The translations under genes and the position numbers were made by a program. A stretch of 63,235 nt of DNA, the filler included, from Octopus bimaculoides (taxonomy: Eukaryota), in NCBI RefSeq assembly GCF_001194135.2. It is 9 parts of 8 records of this genome, joined end to end, with 100 filler letters (N's around TTAATTAATTAA, not from the genome) between each part and the next. Parts side by side here need not be neighbours in the genome. Positions count along the whole stretch, not along the records: positions 33,937 to 41,073 come from NW_026346321.1; positions 41,174 to 60,265 come from NC_069007.1; 7 more parts are not named here. One strand, written 5' to 3'. This document shows, in pieces, positions 37,747-49,439 of the stretch (its first letter is position 1; every line of letters begins with the position of its first letter). Below the pieces are notes generated by a model that was not told where the DNA came from, did no database searches, and saw only the letters and a program-made list of their open reading frames with translations.

Positions 37747-39872
37747 TTAACGGTTCACAAAGTGTCCTGACAGATGTTTCAGAACTTTATTTCCGCTTGC
37801 GTCCTTATCTATAAATGTTGTTCTACCATGCCGTTTCCCTTTCGGCGGTATGTAATTCAAGTGCCTACCAGGGGGCGTGGCTAAAAACAGGTCGTAGTTG
37901 AAGTCTTTGTAGGTGGACTGTTGTGCTACTTGTGTGCATATTGTTGATACTTTCTGTGGGTGGTGCATAGCCTCGAAGTAGCATTCAATTTCTAGGAAAT
38001 ACGTCACATCGAAAGTGAAGTATAGCTGAGCTGCTGTTCCATTGGGTCTAGATGCTGCTGGTACGTTTATGTAAACAAGTTGAGGCGGGTCTTCGGAAGT
38101 GTATAGTACTTTGTTAATGAGCGTTCTATTGGCTGTAACCATGCTGCCGCTGCTGATTCCTCTTGTTCCGTCCTCTTTTTGAATTGGTTGTTGGTGGTCG
38201 TAGTTTATGTCAGAAATTTCTGTGTAGTTTAGGTCTTCTTTTTTGTGTGGTCTCTTTCGTTTTCTAGTTTCACCGAAGCTTTCGTGGTTTTCTTTGCCTT
38301 CTACTCCAAGTTCAGGTGCTGTGGTGACGTCAAGACATCCATCCCATGTGTAGTTGAATCCGAGTTGTGTTTCATCGTTGACAGAGCTCCCGTAGTTTAA
38401 GATGCAGCCATGCCTTGTGTATGTGTCGTTAAGGCTTGTATTCGTTAGTGGTACTCGAAGTTGTGATGGGTTATCCCATTTGTGGCTGTAAACATCTCCT
38501 TGTCTTACTTTTTGGACGTTCGGCATTTCTCTCCAGTCGTGGAATCTAATGATTTTTGATGTGCATGACTGTGTGTCTGCGCTGATTCCGCATTCGCTTA
38601 ATTGATTGACGTAAGCTGTCGGTGCGCAATATGCGAATTTGTATTTCGGTAGTTCCATATTCATGAACTGTTCTGGTTGTATCAATGAGAATCCCATGTT
38701 CGGAACTTTGGTAATTGTTTTCAGGTTGCCGTGTCCTACGTATGTGCCGTTGTCAACCCATATTTCGAAGTAAGGCAGGGGGCTTGGTAGGAATACCTCC
38801 TCGTTATTTCTTGATGTCCATTCGCCACCTATGACGTCAGAGATTTCGAAACCAACAGATTTAATGCGATATGATGTTGCGGTTTTGATTGTCTGTTCAA
38901 ACTGAATGGGATTGACCCATGATGTTAGCCAGTATGGTATGATGTAGTCTTCTGCATTTACAATGCCGTACGCGCTGTGTCCGACATCATGGTAACCTTT
39001 TTCACTGCCTTGAAATTTAGTGAAGTTTACTGTTGCTTGATTCATTTGAGTTGTTTTAACTCCATGTCTGAATCGTCGTTTGAAGCACACATCTCCACTG
39101 AAATTGCCGGTTGCCTCTGGGATCGTTGCTCCTCTGACTTGGTTTCCTGCCCAGCCTGTTGCTGCGCCTGCTGCGCCCTCGTTGCTTGTAGATGCTTCAG
39201 CCATTTTCTTAAGATCGACAACGTACTGAGAATGAGTAACGCTATCACTATTCCCGCTGTTGCCTCTGAATTTTTGATCAAGTCCACAATAATGTTTAAG
39301 ACTAATTGCTCCGGCTGCGAGGACTCCAAGTGGTCCGGTCTTGACAGCGTTGCCGATGAATTGCTTGTCTGATTCCCAGGTGTCCTTNNNNNNNNNNAGC
39401 ACACATCTCCGCTGAAATTGCCGGTTGCCTCTGGGATCGTTGCTCCTCTGACTTGGTTTCCTGCCCAGCCTGTTGCTGCGCCTGCTGCGCCCTCGTTGCT
39501 TGTAGATGCTTCAGCCATTTTCTTAAGATCGACAACGTACTGAGAATGAGTAACGCTATCACTATTCCCGCTGTTGCCTCTGAATTTTTGATCAAGTCCA
39601 CAATAATGTTTAAGACTAATTGCTCCGGCTGCGAGGACTCCAAGTGGTCCGGTCTTGACAGCGTTGCCGATGAATTGCTTGTCTGATTCCCAGGTGTCCT
39701 TCGTAGGATCCTCGTAATGTAAGTCATGTGTTTTTGCTATGGCATCTAATTCGTTTCTTGGTACTTGGTAGCGTCTTTTTTCTAGGTCTGTTCCTGGTCC
39801 TAAGAAATCGTGGCCTGGGACGTGCAGTTCTGATGTTTTTTTCTCTTTAGGACGTTTCTTTGGTGGCGGCAT
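37747..39872 (-). CDS. VP1: Parvovirus-like capsid protein VP1 with PLA2 domain; 603 aa after collapsing a 304-bp assembly overlap; probable VP2 start at Met119 (485 aa)
   Basis: N-terminal NLS MPPPKKRPKEKK, Ca-loop HDFLGPG, catalytic DAIAKTHDLHY, Gly/Ala-rich MAEASTSNEGAAGAATG, jelly-roll-like IIPYW...F....SYRIKSVGFEI; 2126-314=1812 nt keeps the frame. Confidence 0.92.
39042..39727 (-). CDS. Overlapping +1-frame accessory ORF, 123 aa after collapse, one predicted transmembrane segment
   Basis: ATG at 39727 is 145 nt into VP1; hydrophobic ATAGIVIALLILSTLSIL followed by RKWLK and a Q-rich polar tail. Confidence 0.55.
39084..39701. repeat. 304-bp direct duplication across a 10-N gap (probable unmerged contig overlap)
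   Basis: 39084-39387 equals 39398-39701 except one A/G difference (ctccactg vs ctccgctg). Confidence 0.9.
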
Positions 39873-39879
39873 AACACGG

Positions 39880-39930
39880 ACTGATTTAAAGTTGTTTTCT
39901 GTGTATTTATATGCAGGTAGTCATGTGACA
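39880..39930 (-). promoter_or_regulatory. Core promoter of VP: TATA + Inr + E-box
   Basis: On - strand: gtcacatgac (E-box-like), TATAAATA (39911-39904), TCAGT initiator (39884-39880) with its A 29 nt from the TATA start, and ATG at 39872. Confidence 0.7.
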
Positions 39931-40251
39931 TATTTCGTCATCTGTGTTACTTTTCATACACACCAGCGCTGGCAGGACGTATAAATTAGACGGGGCACCT
40001 CTTTCTCCAGCGGCATCGCTGTCTCTGAGGAGTTCTGACTCCTCCTTCCTAGTCAATTAAATTAAATTTTTGATGTTGATGAAATTTTAACCCGAACATA
40101 ACAGATGAGCATTATTTGTAATTCAACGGTACAACAGTGTAAGACTACCCTTTCAGATATACTTTCATTGTGATTTCTGCAATGTGGTGCATAAATTGTC
40201 AAGTAAATGAGACGCATCTTTGCCTCCACTGATTCACTTGCAAAGTGTTAA

Positions 40252-40524
40252 GTAAAATTATTTTGTTGCAGACCTCCTTTGGGTCTTTTTATTATCACTA
40301 CGACACACATAGTCCCCAGTTGGTAACATTGATTTCAAGTCCCTCCTAGATGAGAGACTGGCATTCCACTTAATGTCTATGTTCCATGCTGGCATGGATT
40401 GGAGAGTTATTAATGTAGAAATATGGTATCGTAGCTACTAACAGTTGAGGGTTGCGTAGTCTAGACGGCGTTTTTAGATTTCATTATTCTCTTTAACCCG
40501 GGCAAAGCCGGGTATTTCTGCTAG
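40252..40524 (+). mobile_element. Helitron-type 3' terminus
   Basis: Hairpin acccgg-gcaaag-ccgggt (40496-40513), 7-nt spacer, CTAG (40521-40524), then T. Confidence 0.8.
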
Positions 40525-41173
40525 TCAAAAATAATTTCTTCTTGTAAAAGAGGGAAGTCCTCGTCACACAATAAAAATGCCATTTCGTTATCCATATTGA
40601 AATAAAATTTTTCTTTCACACAATAGTAGTTTGCTATCTCTCTAAAAGAGAGCAGCAAAAGAGAAAATTTTTGCCCCGCAGGGCGCAAATCGACAGGAAC
40701 AACAGTTGAAATTCGACAAAAATCACATTAAACAGCAACAAAAATCACATTAAACAGCAACAAAAAGGACAGAAACAACTCATTAAATTAGGTAGAAGCA
40801 ATCCGAAGTAGCACGACGAGACTGAAGTAGCTTGACCAGCTGGTTGAAGAAGTCTGTCTAGCCCTGGCAAACATATATAATCAGAGTGAAATTTATTCAC
40901 TGGTTACCAAAATATGAAATATCATATTTCTGAATCTCTCAGAGAGAGTTAAGCAGAAGCGAAGACACTCTTGAATTGTGCACTGAGCACTTCACTTATC
41001 CCTGTGGGATCTGCAGTCAGTGAGCCATAGCAGTCTCTTTTGCAAATCTATAGAAAGCCTTGGGGTTTGTTTTNNNNNNNNNNNNNNNNNNNNNNNNNNN
41101 NNNNNNNNNNNNNNNNNTTAATTAATTAANNNNNNNNNNNNNNNNNNNNNNNNNNNNNNNNNNNNNNNNNNNN

Positions 41174-41206
<33 letters not shown>

Positions 41207-42495
41207 TGACTATTACGCAATTGTTTGCTTTCTTCTGTTAGAAGCGAGAGGTGCACGGTGAATCCTTTCTCTCTTCGACTTAACTCACCACTCCCTCATG
41301 TGTGGCCATGAATTTAATACGGAATTCTTTGATCTACTCAGCACCACGAACTTGAAAGAGGCTGGGTGGATTGTAGGAGGTGGCTTGGTGGAGGAGGAAC
41401 AGCAATGTTTTCCACAAGAGCCGTTATGATTATTTGAAATCAACAATTGAAAGTAATGAAATACTGGTTAATTCTTCGGTGCATTCATTGTTTACAATAT
41501 TTAGATGCAAGTCAATGAGATTTAATCGCACTGCTAACACAGGCAGGGATTTAAAAACCGTTAATAAACCTGGTAACATTATGATTTCATAACGAAATAT
41601 GGTTTCCCTAGCAGCAATTAATATATACATATCAATTGCCAGAAATGAGTTTATTATTTAAAGTTGGTTTATTCAATTGTGTTACTCTGCTAAACTTAGT
41701 GTCAATTTAAGCAGTGTGTTTGTGGATGTTTAATAGGTTGGATGCGATGCTGAAAAAAGAGCAAAAACTCCTGAAATATGCATATACACCGTTACCTATT
41801 TTTGATCACATTGCTTACTTTAGACGTTGCAACATTCAGTACTGGCTCTTATTTCTATGGAAAATCTGTAGAAATTAACTTGAAAAAGTAAGTCCATAGA
41901 GTTTACTTAGAGTTAAGTGGAGGAAGGATACATACGTTCCTTTGTTATTCCCTTCTTTTAAAGGCATCAGTAAACGGGATGTAACAATTCTGGGAGCGGC
42001 GGGGTTTGGGGGCGCCTTTAGGAAGTGTTTAGTCGGGATGAACTGAATAGTAATCCAGACGTTGTATGTTCACATCCCACAGGTGTCAAGTAAAACTTTT
42101 GTTTTTATGAATATTTAGCCTCGGTCCAACTCTAAACCTTTAACTGCACAAACGTCTAATCAAAAGTATTCCAACCGCGACGAACACGTTCATTTTAAGT
42201 ATCTTTTATCTTTCATATTGAGTGAAGCCGTAACAAAATGAAAATAAAACTCAGAAAATATATTTTTGAAGACTTAGAGGAGAAATCTGAATTTAAATGT
42301 GATAGAAAAAAATTATACAACAAATTGTTAAAAGTGAGGATTTACTATTTTATGAGTGATCTGGAATAGGGGCCTGGCCCTTCTCTATACGTAACCTCGC
42401 CAGGATCGGGGTGGGAATAGAAAAACAGAGAGAGATCGACAGTGGGGGAGTAATAGAGCCCTGTTATTTTATAGTCCCTAGAAACATGAAGTAAA

Positions 42496-42800
42496 GGCGC
42501 ATGGTTCAGTGGTTAGAGCGTCAGGTTCACAGTTATGATGTTGTGAGTTCGATTCCCGGACCGGCTGTGTCATGTTCTTGAGCAAGACACTTTATTTCAC
42601 GTTGCTCCAGTTCACTCAGCTGTAGAAATGAGTTACAGCATCACTGGTGCCAAGCTGTATCGGCCCCTTTGCCTTTCCCTTGGATAACATCGCTGGCGTT
42701 GGGAAGGGAGGCTGGTCTTCCATAAACAACCTTGCCCCGACTTGTGCCTCGGAGGAGAACTGTCTGAGTGCAATCCCATGGTCATTCTTGACCGAAGGGT
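42496..42800 (+). mobile_element. SINE family C, near full length
   Basis: ggcgcatggttcagtggttagagcg...gttcgattcc head; body shared with 20647-20973. Confidence 0.9.
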
Positions 42801-43325
42801 GTTTTTTTCTTTCAGGAGGATGAAAGGAAAAATTGACCTCGGTAGGATTTGAACTCAGTAAAAACAACCAGAATACATACCACNNNNNNNNNNNNNNNNN
42901 NNNNNNNNNNNNNNNNNNNNNNNNNNNNNNNNNNNNNNNNNNNNNNNNNNNNNNNNNNNNNNNNNNNNNNNNNNNNNNNNNNNNNNNNNNNNNNNNNNNN
43001 NNNNNNNNNNNNNNNNNNNNNNNNNNNNNNNNNNNNNNNNNNNNNNNNNNNNNNNNNNNNNNNNNNNNNNNNNNNNNNNNNNNNNNNNNNNNNNNNNNNN
43101 NNNNNNNNNNNNNNNNNNNNNNNNNNNNNNNNNNNNNNNNNNNNNNNNNNNNNNNNNNNNNNNNNNNNNNNNNNNNNNNNNNNNNNNNNNNNNNNNNNNN
43201 NNNNNNNNNNNNNNNNNNNNNNNNNNNNNNNNNNNNNNNNNNNNNNNNNNNNNNNNNNNNNNNNNNNNNNNNNNNNNNNNNNNNNNNNNNNNNNNNNNNN
43301 NNNNNNNNNNNNNNNNNNNNNNNNN

Positions 43326-43363
<38 letters not shown>

Positions 43364-43749
43364 GGGAGAGAGAGAGAGAGAGAGAGAGTTCCTACTATTC
43401 ACCTAAATTCTATAAAATTCTTTTACTTTTCTAATAAAATGTGGCTGCTTTTGTTTTCATTGCTATTATTATTGAGTCAATCCTAATCAAGCAGATTTAT
43501 GATCGAAGGCAATCACGCCGTGACCACCTCGTCATTATCTTATGTGTTTTTATCTTCTTAACTTTGTAGGATGTGATAAAGGGAATTTGGTTGCTATTTC
43601 TAGCAGAGTTATTAGGTAAGTATATTTCTATGTTGATGCATTTGAATTGAATTGTACTTGAGAATGATTTTAATTTTTAAAAATATGTTCCAAACTTTTG
43701 GCCACGACTGTAATTTCTACAGGAAACCTATAGCAATAAAATCAGAAGT

Positions 43750-43935
43750 GAAATGCAGCGACCTGGCAGAAACGTTAGCACGTCGGGCGAAATGCTTTGT
43801 GGTATTTCGTCTGTCTTTACGTTCTGAGTTCAAAGTCTGCGGAGGTCGACTTTGCCTTTCATTCTTACGGGGTCTATAAATTAAGTACCGCTTGCGTACT
43901 GGGGTCGATCTAATCGACTGGCCCCCTAGAATAGA
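43750..43935 (+). mobile_element. SINE family A, near full length
   Basis: gcgacctggcagaaacgttagcacgtcgggcgaaatgc...gaggtcgactttgcctttcatt...gtactggggtcgatctaatcgact. Confidence 0.85.
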
Positions 43936-44569
43936 AAAGACTGAAATAATCATCTGGACCTTTGAGAACCAATCCTTATATGGGAGAGGTTAAAGCATCC
44001 GCATCTGTTATACACCACACAAAGTTTTCATTTTATCGTTTATCGTCTACTTGTTTCTGTTTGGAACTCGGCCATTCTGGGGCATCGCTTTGAAGGGTCC
44101 AGGTGAACCAATCGACATATTTTAAAGCTTGGTACTTATTTTATCGGTTTCTCTACGACGAACTGCATTCCCAGAGAATATAGAACATAAGAGGACATAC
44201 TAAGGTATGTATACTAAAATCGTGAAGCATGTTGCGTAATAACAGGCTAATCAGATATGAGATTATAACAAGTCAAAGTAAATAACTCTGAAAAGGGCTT
44301 TTGTGCGTTCCTAGAGAATATTACTCTCAGGGGCGCTAGTGTTGGTATGTTCGTGAATAGGTCACCAACCGAAATAAGTGGATCTATTGTTTAGGAAAAT
44401 ACTATTTACTTGTTTAAGGGTTGTACTGGATAAATTGCGAAAATAACTCTTACAGTTCAAATACTAAGAAATAAGCATGCTCAATTTCCTTTTTACCAAA
44501 TAATTTAGGAAAGTGAATGGGTTATTTCCTTTGGTTTTTAAAATAAAATACATTAGATATATATATAAG

Positions 44570-44749
44570 GATCCCCTCCAGGCGCCCTATTATCGATTTT
44601 TTCAACAATCTGAGTATACCATGACGTTTCCAGACATGAGTTCTACTCAGGTGTTAAGTTTCATCAAAATCGATAAAACGATGTAGGAAGAGTTAGCTAA
44701 CAACTCCACAAACACACCCACAGATAGAATTTCCCACATATGTAGTAGA
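44570..44749 (-). mobile_element. Helitron/DINE-like non-autonomous 5' fragment
   Basis: Minus strand begins A|TCTACTA and contains the atcgattttgatgaaactt subterminal motif. Confidence 0.4.
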
Positions 44750-45256
44750 TAAATACATATAGGGCTTAACAGTGAAAAACAAAAAAAAAAACAAAAACAA
44801 AGACAAAACAAATATACAAAAATACAATCTCAGATGTCACTAAATTGCAAAATAACTAATATTACACACACGTCCGCGCGCATGCTCGCCATCGGAAGTC
44901 ATCAATAGTTTGAACTACCAGCTGTTTCCTAAGACAAATATAAATTATTCAAATTGTATACTTTCTCCTGTGGTTTGTAACCAAACACGTGTGTGTGTGT
45001 GTGTGTGTTATTTCTTTACTACCCACAAGGGGCTACACACAGAGGGGACAAACAAGNNNNNNNNNNNNNNNNNNNNNNNNNNNNNNNNNNNNNNNNNNNN
45101 NNNNNNNNNNNNNNNNNNNNNNNNNNNNNNNNNNNNNNNNNNNNNNNNNNNNNNNNNNNNNNNNNNNNNNNNNNNNNNNNNNNNNNNNNNNNNNNNNNNN
45201 NNNNNNNNNNNNNNNNNNNNNNNNNNNNNNNNNNNNNNNNNNNNNNNNNNNNNNNN

Positions 45257-45301
<45 letters not shown>

Positions 45302-45919
45302 ATATATATATGCATGCAGCATTTATGAGTATGTGTGTGTGTGTGTGTGCATGTGTGTAAGAATATATATATGCATGTATGCATGCAGCATTTATGAGTA
45401 TGTGTGTGTGTGTGTGTGTGCATAGATTTATTTATGTGTGTGTATATCAATCTATTTATTATTATCATCATCATCATCATTATCATTATTATTATTACAT
45501 GTAATAACAACGACAGTATAGAAATATACATGCGTGTGTGTGCCCATGCATGTGTGTGTGTATATGTGAGACCAGTTGATTTCGTATTATATTACTAATT
45601 ATCTTCCTGATTGACTCAGCTTTGTTTTGCTGTTTGCCAGTCACAGATATCCATTGACAGGTTACATATAAGACTTAAACAATGTATTCTTTTCTTTATA
45701 TAGTTGTACACAAATAAAAATGCATTTTCTCACAAATTGTATGGAGTTTTGCAGTTGGGGGTTTCAATTAGTGGACTATGATCATCAGGGTGTTTGACAG
45801 CAATAAGATGACTCTAGGTGTGTAGATCAGTAAACGTTGGCTGTTGTCTGTCAGGTACGATAAGGAAACTTTGAAATTGTTAAGGATGAATTTGATCTTG
45901 TGACTGCAAGTTCTTTAAT

Positions 45920-46150
45920 CTGTTTCAATCATTTGACTGTAGCCATGTTAGGGCCCCACCCTGAAGAGTTTTAGTCAAACAAATCGACCCCAATACTTAT
46001 ATTTTGAAAGCCTGATACTTATCCTCACGAGGTCTATTGTCGAACCGCTAAGTTACGGGGACGTAAACAAAACAACACTAGTTGTCAACATAAACACACA
46101 ATCACATACACACACACAAATATATACGACGGACTTCTTTCAGTTTCCGT
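45920..46150 (-). mobile_element. SINE family B fragment
   Basis: aaatcgaccccaatactt...gaaccgctaagttacggggacgtaaac...gacggacttctttcagtttccgt. Confidence 0.8.
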
Positions 46151-47399
46151 TTACATGATCCATACAAACGGTTTTGATCTGCTTAATAAAGATGTCTGTA
46201 TTTAAAGGGATAACATGAATAAATACCTGCCAAACCTCGCATTTCCGAGTAGACCTGATACCCTCATTGCTAATCCCCTACTCACCCACCTTATTTAGAG
46301 TCACCCATAGAGCATCCCTAGGTTGGTGACGTGGTTATGTTTTATGATGTCGACATTTTCAACAAACTGTTTTTCTTTCTTACCACTTCTTGGTTTTATT
46401 ATAATTAGACTTAGTTGAAGACATAAAAAGAAACGGATTTATTATTTAATAGGTCACAGTCACGTGTCAGAGATCACAGACCACAGATTTTATTTCGGGC
46501 AGTTGATTTTCTATTTCTGTTTTAAATAAAAACTTAATTAAGATGACACTCCTCTCAGACTATTGTCGCTGCTGTTTTTGTTTAGCTGAAGACTGCCATG
46601 GTTGAGATTGACGAAACTTATTAAAGTCATTCCAAATATAACCATCTTATGATTCTATTAGGCATAGTGTATATAGGACTACATCATCCAATGTATGTCT
46701 CTTTCTTAAACACTGCAGAGAATGATTTGATAGGATTTTGTTTCGTTTTTCTTGAAGGTCGAATGGCCACGCTGTCCCTTTCTCGGTCGTTCCTGAGGTT
46801 GTTGCTGTTATTGTTGTTATTGCTGCCACTGTTTGGCCCTTGGTCAAACCTAAATCAGCAGACCTATATTGAAATGTGTTTCAAGCCATCCTTCTAATCT
46901 TTTATTCAACATAATCTACTTAGATCTAAAGTTATTATGTCGCAGTCAACCTGAGGAAACTAATGTTTTGTAAATGGTAAACTTATAAAAAAACCATGCA
47001 AATTACTAGATAATTTAACCGAATTAGACTAATGTCAGCTTCTTCAAGCTCAGTTCTTACGCCATTTAATTCGTTCTTGCTTTTCGGTGCATTTGATTCT
47101 CAGCCTTCCAGCCAACACTATCTGGACAAACACCGTATAAATATTAACTTGTAGACAGTTATACAGTATGTAGATTTTGACTGTATAAATATGTTGTCTA
47201 CCTACTCACTTAAAATTTATATACTGTGTCGATGCATCACGTCAACATCAATGTGCTATGAAGTCAATGTCTATACAACGTGTCTAAACATTGTTTCTTT
47301 ATCCGGTCAATATATACACACTGTGTCTGTCGCTCCATTTAACATCTCCATATCTAGACAACATCTACATAATGTATCTGTCTAATTAGCATCTACACG

Positions 47400-47700
47400 C
47401 TGTGTTCATCCATTTAGTTCAACAGAACAACCAGCTTTTGAAATTAACATGCAAGTTGTTGAAAACTTCGCAGACACGTTTAATCTTCACGTAGTTCTCG
47501 GGGAGATTCAGTGTGACTCAGAATATAGCAATTCTGGCCCTTTCTAATAGAGATACTACTCATTTCTGCCAACTGGGTGGACTGGAACAACGTGAAATAA
47601 AGAGTCTTGCTCAAGGATATAACGTGTCACCGGGAACCGAAACCACGACCAAACGATCGTGAGCCGAATACTTTAACCATTAAGCGACGTGCCTTCACCA
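47400..47700 (-). mobile_element. SINE, family C-related long form
   Basis: Shares caacagaa...tgaaattaa.a.gcaagttg.tgaa with 25900-25960; ends in the tRNA-like head. Confidence 0.7.
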
Positions 47701-49439
47701 CACAAGATGCTTATCCAGTCAACAAGTTATGGTTGATAGATGAGACTGTCACTATCCACACAACATGTTCACACAGCTATTCATAACTTCTTTGTGTCTT
47801 TTCGATGATAAAAAAACGCCTTCATTCTCCAAATCCCGATTCTAACATGCTGTTCTTGTCTCAGAAGTTCAACAAACAACAAACAGAATAATTATTTATC
47901 TGTTCATAATTCTCAAGTATGAATAGGGGGACATTTAATGCAATATCATCCACAAGAATCGAATATTTATCAATTGTATTTGAAAATTGTATTGTATATT
48001 TATTAGATATAAAAATGTGTGAAAAAGCAAAATATTTTTTTCTTGGTGGGCAGAAATTATTATTTCTTGTTTTAAATATTTTATATATTTATATTTTTTG
48101 GTAAAAAATACATACATTTGTGAAAAAAGAAACTAGGAAATAAATGATTTATTTAATTTTTTAAAGAATAATTTTTGATGTTTGTTTTTTTTTTCCGAAA
48201 TGTTTCTTTCTCAAAGAGATTTTCTTCATCTTAGAAATAAATAAATAAATACAGAAAAAGAAAAGTAAAGAAAGAAAAGGAAAAAGCAGCAATTCATTTT
48301 CTTTTCATTCTTTTCTTTTTCTTTCTGTAAAGTTTATGAATTTTCCCTCTGCTGAGTTCATTTTCTAGCTAAATATCTGATTTTAAACAGGAATGACACG
48401 TAAAATGATGGATGAAATTATTTCGAAAGATTGTCAAGTCCAAAGACATAATTTCTAGCAAGAAAATTGGCCGCTAAAATCTTTTCCTTTTATCATCTAA
48501 AAAAAAAAAAAAAGAAAGAAGTAAANNNNNNNNNNAAAAAAAAAAAAAAAACATAAGCAATTGACGGGGCGGGGGTGGGGTGATATTCGTGGCCCCCCCA
48601 AAAAACCATTTGATATATTAATGTTTGTTAGAATTTTGGCAATATTCTTTCCACTTGAAAAAGTATTTTTTATCACAAAAATGAATAAAAATATAAATAA
48701 AAGTGAAATTGAAGGTAAAACAAAATAAAAAAAAAAGCTGAAATGATAGACGTTCGTCTCTATTCGGTGTTTACTTGTTTACATACATCTCTTTAGGTTC
48801 CGTGTTCAAATCCAATTGCCATATAGACGTATTTTTTTTTACTGGCTACAGAGGAAGAGGAGGTCGAACTAATCAGTCAGCTACAAGGGAGGGGTGGAGG
48901 TGATTAAATATAGAATCCCAGAAGAACGGCTGAGTTATTCAATTTAATCGTCGAAATACTCCTTTCTCTTCTCAGAATTTATTATAGGATGTTGCCAAAA
49001 TTTAGATATTTAGAATCAGTATTTAGCTACGACCGTTTACATTCCGTGATTACAATAACCGAAATTGACATTGTTTTTGCGTTTACTTTTATCGTCCCAG
49101 CAAGGAGATGGAGTTTTTCTAAGTGGTCGGAGTGGGTCCATAAAATAAAATAAAAAAAAAACATTCAGGTAGGGAACAAGGTTGGGTGTGATTTATTAAT
49201 ACTCTCCAGCCTTTTCTTCAACATTCATCGAAATTTGGAGTGTTGTGTCTAGGTTAGAATTCAAAAATCAGTATTCGGTTTCGTCACTTTAATATTCTTT
49301 GCTCAAACCTCAGCCGGGGAGATGAAATAGTTATATGAAAAAAAAAAAAAAAAAAAAATGCGATCAGTCATATTCGTTTAATCCGGGGTGTGGTGGCACT
49401 TCTGAGAAAGGATTCTAATAAGGTGAACCACGTTGATAA

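Noticed and set aside
37485-37814. Plus-strand ORFs antisense to the virus (37485-37814, 38977-39372, 39453-39686), suggesting an ambisense genome
   Set aside because: No motifs, mostly non-ATG starts, and explained as shadows of the minus-strand genes; both real genes are on the minus strand.
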